From assembly GCA_029551395.1 (NCBI GenBank), contig JAKPFN010000083.1, positions 1,779-65,778 of the forward strand: 64,000 nucleotides of DNA, given 5' to 3'. Under the pieces are notes generated by a model. That model did no database searches. It had not been told where the DNA came from and worked only from the letters and a program-made list of their open reading frames with translations. A program made the translations under genes and the position numbers. Source of the DNA: Armatimonadota bacterium. GTDB taxonomy: Bacteria; Armatimonadota; UBA5829; DTLH01. Below, one piece after another: positions 21,728-30,709 of this stretch; position 1 is the stretch's first letter, and every line of letters starts with the position of its first letter.

Positions 21728-22744
21728 TTATGCGTTCTCTTCTATTACTCCTGCCTTCACGAGCGATTCTTCTATGATATCAGCAACCTCGGAAGGCTGT
21801 TTTTCGTCTACGTCTATCCACTGGATCCGCGGATCAGCACGGAACCAGGTAAACTGCCTTTTGGCAAACCGCCGAGTGCTTTGTTTCAATACATCTACGG
21901 CAGTATCAAGGTCATATTCACCCTTCAGTCCTGCGGCAATTTCTTTATAACCGAGTCCCTGCATAGAGGGCAAATCGACATCGTAACCTTGATCGAGCAG
22001 TCGGGCCACTTCCTGGATAAGCCCCTGGCGAATCTGTTCATCGACACGCTGTTCGATGCGCTGGTAAAGCTTCTGCCGGTCCATCGTAAGCCCGAAGAAC
22101 AGTGCATCCGGATACCTTGCGCTCTCAGGTCTGGTCTCTTCCACTGCCTGAGACATCGCTTTCCCAGTCTGCTCGTACACCTCAAGCGCCCGGATGACCC
22201 GCTTTACGTCGTTCGGATGAAGCCGAGCGGCGGTTACAGGATCTACCCGGGCGAGTTGATCATGCAGGTAGCTTTTACCCTTCTCTGCGGCAATTTCCGC
22301 GAGTTTTGCCCGAATTTCTGCGTTTGGCCCAGGGCCGGGAATGTTTAGACCGTCGATAAGCGCGCGAATATAAAGCCCAGTACCGCCCACAATAAGCGGC
22401 AGCTTGCACTTGGCCATCAACTCATCAACGATCTTCGATGCCCGTTCCTGGAAATCCGCTACAGTGAACGGTTCGTCAGGGTCGACTATATCAATCATAT
22501 GGAAAGTCACGCCCTGTTGCTCTAGAGGAGCAGGCTTGGCTGTTCCGATGTCCATACCTCGGTAGATAGCCATAGAGTCCGCTGAGATAATCTCAGCTTC
22601 TACTCTTTTTGCAAGCTCAACGGCTGCTGCTGTCTTACCGGATGCAGTTGGCCCAACAACTACGACGGGCCTAAGCCCGCCGCATCGAATTCGTGACTTC
22701 CGTTCCGTCATATGTTCAACAGAGTATACCATAATAACCATCAA
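21728..22744 (-). CDS. miaA: tRNA dimethylallyltransferase
   Basis: VGPTASGKT, ISADSMAIYRGMDIGTAKP, VGGTGLY, RRFAKRQFTWF; start may be ATG 22711. Confidence 0.97.
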   Translation of the reverse strand: MMVIMVYSVEHMTERKSRIRCGGLRPVVVVGPTASGKTAAAVELAKRVEAEIISADSMAIYRGMDIGTAKPAPLEQQGVTFHMIDIVDPDEPFTVADFQERASKIVDELMAKCKLPLIVGGTGLYIRALIDGLNIPGPGPNAEIRAKLAEIAAEKGKSYLHDQLARVDPVTAARLHPNDVKRVIRALEVYEQTGKAMSQAVEETRPESARYPDALFFGLTMDRQKLYQRIEQRVDEQIRQGLIQEVARLLDQGYDVDLPSMQGLGYKEIAAGLKGEYDLDTAVDVLKQSTRRFAKRQFTWFRADPRIQWIDVDEKQPSEVADIIEESLVKAGVIEENA

Positions 22745-22808
22745 ACAACAATGAGCGGGAAAGGTAAGAAGGGATGATATGGGGTATGTACCGCATACCT
22801 TATTCGGC

Positions 22809-23057
22809 CTACCAAAGGTCAGCCAGCAGGTTGCGGAACGGGATGAACGGGTCAGTGCCGCTCTCAGGATGTATTGCGCAGCAGTTATGCTCTGCTTTAC
22901 GGCATTTTCTGGCTTGGGGACATTCTATTCCCTTCTCTTCTTCTTGCCAGGTGCCGTCTGCGAGCATCCATCGGTGGTAAATGAAGATGGCGTTAACATA
23001 ATCCTTGATGAAGTAACAAAATTTCTTCTCTACTCTGCGTTCGTAGGTTTCATTCAT
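22809..23057 (-). CDS. Small Cys-rich hypothetical protein
   Basis: Starts 9 nt after the kinase stop; C..CPxxxxC..CC pattern. Confidence 0.45.
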   Translation of the reverse strand: MNETYERRVEKKFCYFIKDYVNAIFIYHRWMLADGTWQEEEKGIECPQARKCRKAEHNCCAIHPESGTDPFIPFRNLLADLW

Positions 23058-23066
23058 TGTTTTGAA

Positions 23067-24743
23067 TTATTGTCTGGTAAAGATAACGAGCGCTTTGATA
23101 ACGTTTCGGTCGTTGGTAAGTGAGAATGTTCCGTTCAGGTCATCTACAACCAGGTTCTCAACAATTTGCAGTCCCAGGTTTCGATGGTTGTGCAGGTCAA
23201 ACCCGGGCGGCAGCAGTTCACCGTTGTTGGTTACTGAAAGTCTGATTTTGTCTCCATCTTCCTTGAGGCTCATCACGACTTTTCCCCAGCTTGAATACTT
23301 GAAGCCATGCTCTATGGCATTTTGCAGCAGCTCATTCAGTATCAATGCCACCGATGTAGCCTGCCGGGCAGGAAGAATGATGTCGTCTCCCTCTACACAG
23401 ATTTCTATGCGCTTATCTGGAGGGATCATGCCCCTAGCTGTAGCTGCTAGAACTCCGTCAGCCACTTTTTTGATGCTCACATTGTCCAAATTATCGCCCG
23501 AGAGCAGTTCGTGAACCGATGCGATTGCTAACACCCTGTTGATGCTCTCGTTAAGTACCTGCTCTACTGATTCAAACTTACCGTAACGTATTTGCAGTCT
23601 GAGAAGGCTTGCTATAGTCTGAAGGCTGTTTTTTACGCGGTGGTGCATCTCTCGGATGATTGCAGAGCGCACCTTCAGCTTGGAGTTCTCGATAGCCATC
23701 GCTGCGTGACTTGCCATTGCCTCAAGAAGCGCTTTTTCTTCGTCCGTGAAGACGTGAGGTTTACTCGTATAGCAGTTCAGCACCCCGATAACTTTACCTT
23801 TTATCCTCATTGGTACAGCGATAAGCGAACATAACCCTTCTTTCTTGGCTATGTCAGGATAACGATATCCGGGGGTCTTGCGGACATCCAATATAGTTAT
23901 GGCCTGCCCATCCATTACAGCCCTGCCTGCCACGCTTTCTGCCAGTTTCAGGTTTGGTTTCTTGATATACGCGCGGCTCTTGCTCTGAGTGGCTTTGATG
24001 ACAAGTTCATCACGGTTTTCGTCCAACAGCATCACGGAACAGATTTTGAAGTTCATACTGTCCGCAGTCATTGCAACGATTAGATGCAGGACCTCTTCAA
24101 GATACATATCTTCAGAACTTATGGTGCGGCTGATGTCGGTGAGTGTCGTAAGGTGTGAAGCCTGCTTCTTCATCCGCTGATACTGAAGGAAGTTCTCGAC
24201 AGCTCCGCCTACCTGTTCTGCGATGCTGTTCAGCAACCTGATTTGAGTGGGGGTATACTCGTGGGTTGTTGCTGTGCGTACGTTGACAACGCCAACCAGG
24301 TTCTCTTTTCCACAAAGCGGGACAGAGAGCATAGACTCATAATCTTCCAGGAATCCGGGAACATGCTTGAACCTGTAGTCATTCCAGGCTTCTTTATCCA
24401 AAGCTACCAGCCTGCGCTCTCTGGCAACCCATCCGGTGACACCTTCACCGACTTTCAACCTGAGTTTGCCGATAATTCCTGTTGCCTGCCGGCTGGAAGC
24501 ACGCAGCACCAGCTCGTTTCTTGCCTCATCCAGCAGATAAATGACACAGAGATCCGTTCCCGTGACTTGAACCACTATGTCAGCCACGCGTTTGAGCATC
24601 TCTTCTATGTCAAAGAGCGCTCCAATGGCCTGCCCGATCTGCCTGAGAGCATCAACCTCGAGTTCTCTGTCTTTCAGTTCAGCCTCGATGGCATCGAGCC
24701 GGGATTGCAATATTTCGGTATCAGTCTTTGTTAGTTCGCTCAT
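23067..24743 (-). CDS. GAF-GAF sensor histidine kinase (HisKA_2, PdtaS/EutW-like)
   Basis: Two GAF domains, EMHHRVKNSLQ H-box, NELLQNAIEHG, NNGELLP, LGLQIV. Confidence 0.92.
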   Translation of the reverse strand: MSELTKTDTEILQSRLDAIEAELKDRELEVDALRQIGQAIGALFDIEEMLKRVADIVVQVTGTDLCVIYLLDEARNELVLRASSRQATGIIGKLRLKVGEGVTGWVARERRLVALDKEAWNDYRFKHVPGFLEDYESMLSVPLCGKENLVGVVNVRTATTHEYTPTQIRLLNSIAEQVGGAVENFLQYQRMKKQASHLTTLTDISRTISSEDMYLEEVLHLIVAMTADSMNFKICSVMLLDENRDELVIKATQSKSRAYIKKPNLKLAESVAGRAVMDGQAITILDVRKTPGYRYPDIAKKEGLCSLIAVPMRIKGKVIGVLNCYTSKPHVFTDEEKALLEAMASHAAMAIENSKLKVRSAIIREMHHRVKNSLQTIASLLRLQIRYGKFESVEQVLNESINRVLAIASVHELLSGDNLDNVSIKKVADGVLAATARGMIPPDKRIEICVEGDDIILPARQATSVALILNELLQNAIEHGFKYSSWGKVVMSLKEDGDKIRLSVTNNGELLPPGFDLHNHRNLGLQIVENLVVDDLNGTFSLTNDRNVIKALVIFTRQ

Positions 24744-24797
24744 AGATATTGCGTCTAAAGCAAGCCATCATGGCATACTGAACTGCAAGGTAATGGT

Positions 24798-25373
24798 CTA
24801 CACCTCGTGTGCTATGATTACCGCTTCTGCTATCTCTCGCATACTCTTTCTAGTGTTCATGCTCTGCTGCTGGATACGCCGAAATGCTTCGCTCTCCTTC
24901 AGCCCGTATTTGTCCATAAGTATACCCTTGGCTCTATCGACAATCTTACGGGTCTCGAGTTTGCTCTGAAGATCACCGACCTGAGCTTCAAGCTCGCCCA
25001 TCTCCAGATAGCGGGATATCGCTATTTCAATGGCCGGCATAAGGTCGGATTCCTTGAATGGCTTTACCAAATAGCCAAATACACCTGCTTCTTTGGCCCG
25101 ATCGATAAGGTCGCTCTGGCTGTAGGCAGTCAGAAGCACTACGGGAGCGATTTTTTCCTCTGCAATGGCCTTTGCAGCGTCAAGCCCGTCCATCACAGGC
25201 ATTTTTATGTCCAATATCACTATATCCGGCCTGAGTGTACGGGTAAGCTCAAGAGCTTTTTGCCCGTCTGCTGCCTCACCAATTACGGTGTGGCCCATTT
25301 CTTCCAATACTTTTTTCAAGTCAAGTCTGATTATGGATTCATCATCAGCGATTATTACTTTGAGTTGCGACAT
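24798..25373 (-). CDS. ANTAR-domain response regulator (PdtaR/EutV-like)
   Basis: Receiver motifs IADDE, LDIKMP, LTA, KPF, plus ANTAR IVDRAKGILM...EAFRRIQQQSMNTRKSM; AGGAGG 5 nt before ATG 25373. Confidence 0.95.
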   Translation of the reverse strand: MSQLKVIIADDESIIRLDLKKVLEEMGHTVIGEAADGQKALELTRTLRPDIVILDIKMPVMDGLDAAKAIAEEKIAPVVLLTAYSQSDLIDRAKEAGVFGYLVKPFKESDLMPAIEIAISRYLEMGELEAQVGDLQSKLETRKIVDRAKGILMDKYGLKESEAFRRIQQQSMNTRKSMREIAEAVIIAHEV

Positions 25374-25403
25374 CGGCACCTCCTGAGACAGTCTTCCATA
25401 ATT

Positions 25404-25435
25404 GGCTGCTTTGCCAGTGCAATCAGGCCTGTCTA
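25404..25435 (-). promoter_or_regulatory. Candidate ANTAR-binding dual-hairpin RNA in the regulator's own leader
   Basis: Minus strand UAG-ACAGGC-CUG, 8 nt, GGC-AAAGCA-GCC; both hexaloops have A1 and G4. Confidence 0.5.
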
Positions 25436-25555
25436 CCTGGTATAATTACTGCACAAATAACTTTGGGCGGCCGTCTCCGACCGCCCCGTCTTCAGATTAA
25501 TTTTATATGCTGCTATAATTTTTGTCAAAGGACGAAGGTAGTAAAGAGAAGTTTC

Positions 25556-25632
25556 GAGTGACGAGTGATGAGTAATGAGTCTTGGGTGATGAGTGACGAG
25601 TATTGAGTGATAGGTGCTGAGTGACGAGATTT
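25556..25632 (+). repeat. GAGTGAY heptamer array (11 degenerate units); a further short array at 25778-25804
   Basis: gagtgac gagtgat gagtaat gagtctt gggtgat gagtgac gagtatt gagtgat aggtgct gagtgac gagattt. Confidence 0.8.
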
Positions 25633-25674
25633 GCACTCGGGCAAAATTTGCAACACACTCGGGTGCTACACCCA

Positions 25675-25772
25675 TACTCGGGCTAAATTTGCAATTTAGC
25701 CCGGAAAAGTAGCCGAGGGATTTGCAATCCCGGTCATTGATACTTCATACGATGATTCGGAATCACAGATTC
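25675..25772 (+). repeat. REP-like doublet with TTGCA-loop palindromes, copy 1
   Basis: CGGGCTAAAT-TTGCA-ATTTAGCCCG and GGGAT-TTGCA-ATCCC; aligns with the reverse complement of 30558..30656. Confidence 0.75.
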
Positions 25773-25801
25773 GATGTTGGTGACGAGTAATGAGTAACGA
25801 G

Positions 25802-25846
25802 TATGCTTCGGTGCGTGCTTTTTGCGCCGAAGCCCCGTTATGAATC
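25802..25846 (+). repeat. 45 bp hairpin repeat, copy 1 of 3
   Basis: TAT-GCTTCGGTGC-gtgcttttt-GCGCCGAAGC-cccGTTATGAATC. Confidence 0.6.
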
Positions 25847-25941
25847 TCAATCAGCACCGCCAAGCCCATCTCTTTTACTCATCTTTAGATTTTCCTCGCT
25901 AAGACTCGCACTGCAGTTCATTCGTCCGCTAAGGAGATACA

Positions 25942-27048
25942 TTGAAAGACCGCCGGTTCATTTATTTTGTTTTAAGCTGTGCAGCCTGTGTTGCGCTTTG
26001 GCTGCTCATCCCTTACCTTCCAGTACCCAAGAACACTTATGTATTTGCTGCTGTCGGACTGGCGATGCTGAGTGTATTTATGTTCATCCAAATGAGCATC
26101 CCCAGGTGGTTTACGAGCCTTACCGTAAAGCCTGTATGGGCTGTACTGGTTGTGGTTGTTGCTATTGTTGGTTGGCTAGCTGTGGTCATGGTTGTATCTT
26201 CTCCTTACGCGCGTTATGAAGTAAAAGGTTATGGTTCAATCCCGCTCAAGATAGGCGAAGACGTTCCTGAAAACCTGCCTGCGACTATCCAGAAAGAGTT
26301 TCCTATGCCTCAGACTGAACAGAAGAAAGAACCAGGCAAGGAAAACGAGAATAAGGACGGCAAGAATCTAAAGACTGCCAGTGATAATCCTCCGAAGATG
26401 ATGAAAGTCACGCTTATCAGGCGTCCGGCCAACCTGAGCTTCAAGCTATTTGTGTTCAGCAACGTTGCTCAAAAATCAAAAGTGATTACCAGTTTGCTGA
26501 TGATTATCGCTGCATCGGCTTTCGGTTATTTGGTATCTTACATCTTGCGTGAGCCGAACATCCTCCTGCCGGTAAGTATACTGGCTGCAGGTATAGATAT
26601 CTGGACGGTAAAGTGGGGGCCGACATTCCAGGCTATTCAGAAGATACCTCACGTAGTTGAATCTGTTTCAGTAGCAATACCCAAAATTGGTGGAGCAGCA
26701 GCAGGGTTCCAAGCGGTATCATTCATCGGCCCGGCGGACTTTATATTTTTTGCGATGTTCCTTGGGGCCATCTACAGGCTGAAGATGAACCCTGTTCGCA
26801 CGTTTTGGGTCGCGTTTCCGCTTTTGACGCTTGGAATGGCCTCTGTCATCGCCTCAGGGATGTTTCCAGCGCTCAAATTCCTTCATGGTGGGCTTCCGGC
26901 GCTGATTCTGATAGGGGCTTCTGTAGTAATCGGCAACCTTGGGCACTTCAAGCTGAAAAAAGACGAGTACATAGCAATTGCTGTTGTTGCCGTACTGCTC
27001 GCAGCAGTAATATTCGTGCTGACTCCAATAATCAGAAGTGGGAGTTGA
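25942..27048 (+). CDS. Polytopic membrane protein with presenilin/SPP-like (A22) aspartyl protease motifs
   Basis: Multiple TM helices; GID219IWTVKWGP, IGPAD266FIFFAMFLG and LP319AL, in the order of the presenilin YD / GxGD / PAL motifs. Confidence 0.65.
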   Translation: MKDRRFIYFVLSCAACVALWLLIPYLPVPKNTYVFAAVGLAMLSVFMFIQMSIPRWFTSLTVKPVWAVLVVVVAIVGWLAVVMVVSSPYARYEVKGYGSIPLKIGEDVPENLPATIQKEFPMPQTEQKKEPGKENENKDGKNLKTASDNPPKMMKVTLIRRPANLSFKLFVFSNVAQKSKVITSLLMIIAASAFGYLVSYILREPNILLPVSILAAGIDIWTVKWGPTFQAIQKIPHVVESVSVAIPKIGGAAAGFQAVSFIGPADFIFFAMFLGAIYRLKMNPVRTFWVAFPLLTLGMASVIASGMFPALKFLHGGLPALILIGASVVIGNLGHFKLKKDEYIAIAVVAVLLAAVIFVLTPIIRSGS

Positions 27049-27068
27049 TATACATCAGACAGGAATTT

Positions 27069-28001
27069 TCAATGCTGTGAAGACTGACTGTAGTGCTTTT
27101 TGATTTCAGACATATATTGCTTCCCGATCCAGGTGTTGTTTTCACTGAGCCATTCGGACAGAGCCGTCCATCCGGTAGGAGGCTGGTTTGAGACCAGAAG
27201 GTCAGCTATCAGTCCTTCGACTTCTTCTTTTGTGAGGATAACATCTCCCACCAGCTTGCCTATTATGTTTGCAAGCTTCAGAAAGATCTCAGGTGATATA
27301 TGAACCAGGCTGACCTTTGTTCCTACCTTTTCACCTATCATCTTGACCAGGTCGTTGAATGTGTAAATCTCTGGCCCAACAGCATCAAGAACGATGTTCT
27401 CATCCCTTTCTGCGAGGTTAACGGCCATATCGGCCAGGTCCTGAACGAACATCGGCTGAACCTTGTATTCCCCTGATCCAGGAACGGCAAATATCGGAGA
27501 ACGGCGCAGCAACCAGGCTATGTTGTTGATAAGTATCCCCTCATCTCCAAATAACACGTTAGGCCGAAGGATGACATAGGACATTTTGGACTGTGTGATG
27601 ATTTTCTCGACCTCAGCCTTACCCCGGTAGTAGGGAAAGGGAGAATCTACGGACGGATTAGTGATGCTAACGTGGATAATCCTTCGGACACCTGCGTTTT
27701 CTGCGGCCTTGATGAGAGTCCTGCTGTTCTCTACAGCCTTCGAAAATGTCAGTCCTTTAAGAGAGAAGCGGATCCAGTAGGTGTTAAACAGGACTGATGC
27801 ACCTTTCAGGCTTTCAGTGAGTGCTTTTGGATTATCGAAGTTATAAGGTACTGCTGTGACTCGTTGCCCGAACTCGTGTGGCCTGTCTGGATGACCTGTA
27901 AGCGTCTTTACACGTTTGCCCCGAACCAGCAGGCGGCGAGTAATGTGCCTGCCGGTATATCCAAACGCACCAGTGACCACATTCAGGTCTGCATCAGCCA
28001 T
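27069..28001 (-). CDS. NAD(P)-binding SDR/NmrA-like oxidoreductase
   Basis: VTGAFGYTG Rossmann motif, YYRGKAEVE, LRPNVLFG. Confidence 0.88.
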   Translation of the reverse strand: MADADLNVVTGAFGYTGRHITRRLLVRGKRVKTLTGHPDRPHEFGQRVTAVPYNFDNPKALTESLKGASVLFNTYWIRFSLKGLTFSKAVENSRTLIKAAENAGVRRIIHVSITNPSVDSPFPYYRGKAEVEKIITQSKMSYVILRPNVLFGDEGILINNIAWLLRRSPIFAVPGSGEYKVQPMFVQDLADMAVNLAERDENIVLDAVGPEIYTFNDLVKMIGEKVGTKVSLVHISPEIFLKLANIIGKLVGDVILTKEEVEGLIADLLVSNQPPTGWTALSEWLSENNTWIGKQYMSEIKKHYSQSSQH

Positions 28002-28108
28002 AATGTTCGCTCCTGTTTAGGTTTACAGATATGGTAGGTCGTTCTACTCTTGCCCAACTGTTTTACAAGCAGTTATTTGCCTACGGGCGGCAGCCAAATG
28101 TTCTGAGG

Positions 28109-28375
28109 CTAATCTATAAACTCACTGAAGGTCATCTTTTTGACGATTACCCCTTCAAAGCTCAGGAGTTTTTCCTCCATAGCGTTAATCTGAGATTCGT
28201 CTCCGATGAGTTCCAGCAGAATCAATCCACTTGGAGAGCAGGCTGAGTTATGAACCTCATGCAGCCCGATTCTGGTCTTGATGAGGCATCCGAACTCCGT
28301 GAAAACCTCCTGGATATCGGGAGCAGTCTTGACCCTGTTGGTCTGAAGAACACCAAGGATTGTGCGCTTGCTCAT
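28109..28375 (-). CDS. Small ACT/NikR-C-like protein (TM1266-like)
   Basis: IQEVFTEFGCLIKTRIGLHE...GLILLEL pattern; AAAGGAG RBS before ATG 28375. Confidence 0.65.
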   Translation of the reverse strand: MSKRTILGVLQTNRVKTAPDIQEVFTEFGCLIKTRIGLHEVHNSACSPSGLILLELIGDESQINAMEEKLLSFEGVIVKKMTFSEFID

Positions 28376-28458
28376 GGTTGTCTCCTTTCTATTGATTGGC
28401 TTATTGTAGCAGTTGAATGCCTTATAACTCAATGCAAAATTGCAAATAAGATTATAAG

Positions 28459-28656
28459 TTAAGGCGCAGGCTCATGGGCTTTTCGACCATAGACCTTCTC
28501 ATAGGCCTTGCAGTAGGGACAAAAGCCTCCTTCGATGCTCTTAACAAACCAGAAGATGATTCCCCGCTGCTTTCTTCTTGCGTGAGTGCATACCGGACAC
28601 TCTACACATTTCTGCGCCATTTCCCGGTCCTTTTCTGTGACTGTCTGGTTATCCAT
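28459..28656 (-). CDS. Small four/five-Cys protein
   Basis: CVECPVC and CPYC motifs; GAGGG RBS before ATG 28656. Confidence 0.7.
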   Translation of the reverse strand: MDNQTVTEKDREMAQKCVECPVCTHARRKQRGIIFWFVKSIEGGFCPYCKAYEKVYGRKAHEPAP

Positions 28657-28815
28657 TATTACCCTCAACTTATCTATTGTCTGCTGTAACGCGTGTATAT
28701 TATACGCTGATAATGAGCATATTACATCTGATTGAAATATATCTTGAGGCGGTATAATATTAAGCTGAGCTTTGCTCCGCGTACATTCAAAACAACATCA
28801 TAGAGGGCAGCATAA

Positions 28816-29739
28816 ATGAAAATCGCAAACAACATTACAGAACTGATAGGTGGAACGCCGCTTGTGCGGCTAAATAAGGTAGTAGGGGATGCTAAAGCCG
28901 AGGTTGCGGCTAAACTGGAGTTTTTCAATCCAGGGGGAAGCGTTAAAGACCGTATTGGGTTGAGTATGATACAGGATGCAGTCCAGAGCGGTAAGTTGAA
29001 GCCCGGTGATGTCATTATCGAGCCTACCAGCGGCAATACGGGTATTGCGCTTGCAATGATTTCAGCCAGTATGGGCTTCAGGTTGATCTTGACGATGCCG
29101 GACACGATGAGTATAGAGCGCAGGAAGCTGCTGAGAGCCTTTGGCGCAGACCTGGTGCTTACACCTGGAGCTGAAGGCATGGCCGGAGCTATCAAAAAGG
29201 CTGAAGAACTGATGAGAGAGATTCCTAATTCATTCATGCCACAGCAATTCAAAAATCCCGCTAATCCAAAGATCCACAGAGAGACGACTGCTGAGGAGAT
29301 CTGGCGCGATACCGATGGGAAAGTGGATATTGTCGTAGGTGGAGTAGGCACAGGCGGCACTCTGACAGGGATAGGAGAGGTAATCAAGTCCCGTAAGCCT
29401 TCCTTTAAGATAGTTGCTGTTGAACCTGAAGCGTCTCCGGTGCTTTCAGGCGGACAAAAGGGGCCTCATAGAATCCAGGGCATAGGCGCAGGGTTCATTC
29501 CGGATGTTCTTAAGACGGAATTATTAGACGAAATCATACGGGTGTCTGACGATGATGCTATCAAGATGGGAAGGCGGCTTCACAAGGAAGAAGGAATCCT
29601 TGCTGGGATTTCCTCAGGTGCTGCGGTACATGCTGCTGTTCAGGTTGCAAAGAGAGACGAAAACGCGGGTAAGCTGATAGTGGTGATACTGCCAAGTACA
29701 GGTGAAAGATACCTGAGTACTGCATTGTTTGAAGAATAA
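28816..29739 (+). CDS. cysK: Cysteine synthase A
   Basis: [49 protein letters not shown]. Confidence 0.96.
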   Translation: MKIANNITELIGGTPLVRLNKVVGDAKAEVAAKLEFFNPGGSVKDRIGLSMIQDAVQSGKLKPGDVIIEPTSGNTGIALAMISASMGFRLILTMPDTMSIERRKLLRAFGADLVLTPGAEGMAGAIKKAEELMREIPNSFMPQQFKNPANPKIHRETTAEEIWRDTDGKVDIVVGGVGTGGTLTGIGEVIKSRKPSFKIVAVEPEASPVLSGGQKGPHRIQGIGAGFIPDVLKTELLDEIIRVSDDDAIKMGRRLHKEEGILAGISSGAAVHAAVQVAKRDENAGKLIVVILPSTGERYLSTALFEE

Positions 29740-29770
29740 TGCACTCTTAATCTGACAGTAGAAGGTGTAA

Positions 29771-30406
29771 ATGATGTTGTTTCGCCGGTTGATACTGCCT
29801 GTCTTGATTATTTCGCTGCTCCCGGCTGCGATTCTGGCACAGACTGCCAGGTCCGTTCGGATAGTCAGACAGTCCCCAGAGGACCTGACCGGGCAAGTTG
29901 TTACAATGATAGACGGACAGGAAAGAGTTATAGCTGATGAAGCGTGGAATGCGTGGATTATAGAAGAAGGCCGGGCAGTCGTTTATTCTGGAAGCGATGG
30001 TGCTGGTGGTTTTGAGAACGAAGGACAATCGCTTTGGCGATATGACGCAGCTACCGGTGGAAAGCGGAAGCTGATGGCTGAGTTCTTCATGATTCGCAAG
30101 GTTGTGGAGGCTCAGTCACGGTCTGGTGAAACGGCGCTGCTTGTGACGATGATGGATGGCGGGCTTGGCGCGCCGCATGTAGCCGTGGTAGACCCAAAGC
30201 GTGGGCAGGTCTGGAGACAGCAGATGGCAAGGTTCGTCGGTGTGAGGAACGGAAACATCGCTGTAGCGCTTTATGACCCGGATGAAATCCAGCTTCAAGA
30301 GAATCCGCGTCCCAGAAAGCTGGTCTACTACAGTCTGGACGATCTTCTCAGCAGAAATGCATGTCCCTGCTGGCCTGTAGGTGTGCCGCTGGAAGTGTTT
30401 GAGTAG
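29771..30406 (+). CDS. Exported hypothetical protein
   Basis: Signal peptide (RRLILPVLIISLLPAAILA); beta-rich mature part. Confidence 0.7.
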   Translation: MMLFRRLILPVLIISLLPAAILAQTARSVRIVRQSPEDLTGQVVTMIDGQERVIADEAWNAWIIEEGRAVVYSGSDGAGGFENEGQSLWRYDAATGGKRKLMAEFFMIRKVVEAQSRSGETALLVTMMDGGLGAPHVAVVDPKRGQVWRQQMARFVGVRNGNIAVALYDPDEIQLQENPRPRKLVYYSLDDLLSRNACPCWPVGVPLEVFE

Positions 30407-30440
30407 TAGATAGAACATAGTTAGCAAGGAAGGCGCATTA

Positions 30441-30485
30441 TATGCGTCGGCGCGCGTTTTTTGCGCCGACGCCAACGGTGTAATC
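30441..30485 (+). repeat. 45 bp hairpin repeat, copy 2 of 3
   Basis: TAT-GCGTCGGCGC-gcgtttttt-GCGCCGACGC-caacGGTGTAATC; perfect 10 bp stem. Confidence 0.6.
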
Positions 30486-30520
30486 TCGGATAGACAGGTA
30501 AGGGATCTTTTATCTACTCT

Positions 30521-30656
30521 CGGGAGGGATTTGCAATCCCTCCCGGACATATTGCTGAGGAATCTGTGATTCCGTATGATGGTCTAAAATACTAATGATC
30601 GGGATTGCAAATCCCTTGCTATTTTTCCAGGCTAAATTGCAAATTTAGCCCGAGTG
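30521..30656 (-). repeat. REP-like TTGCA-loop palindromes, copy 2 (inverted) plus one extra unit
   Basis: CGGGAGGGAT-TTGCA-ATCCCTCCCG at 30521-30545; 30558..30656 is an inverted copy of 25675..25772. Confidence 0.75.
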
Positions 30657-30664
30657 TTAGATAG

Positions 30665-30694
30665 GCAAGGGAGGCGCATAACTACCTCCCTTGC
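30665..30694. terminator. Hairpin between convergent genes
   Basis: GCAAGGGAGG/CCTCCCTTGC 10 bp stem. Confidence 0.55.
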
Positions 30695-30709
30695 TAAAGA
30701 TTACCGTTC

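Noticed and set aside
25792-25843. TAAC...GTTA around the 45 bp hairpin as an attC site
   Set aside because: The spacing is asymmetric (6/3 nt), and the other two copies lack the AAC half.
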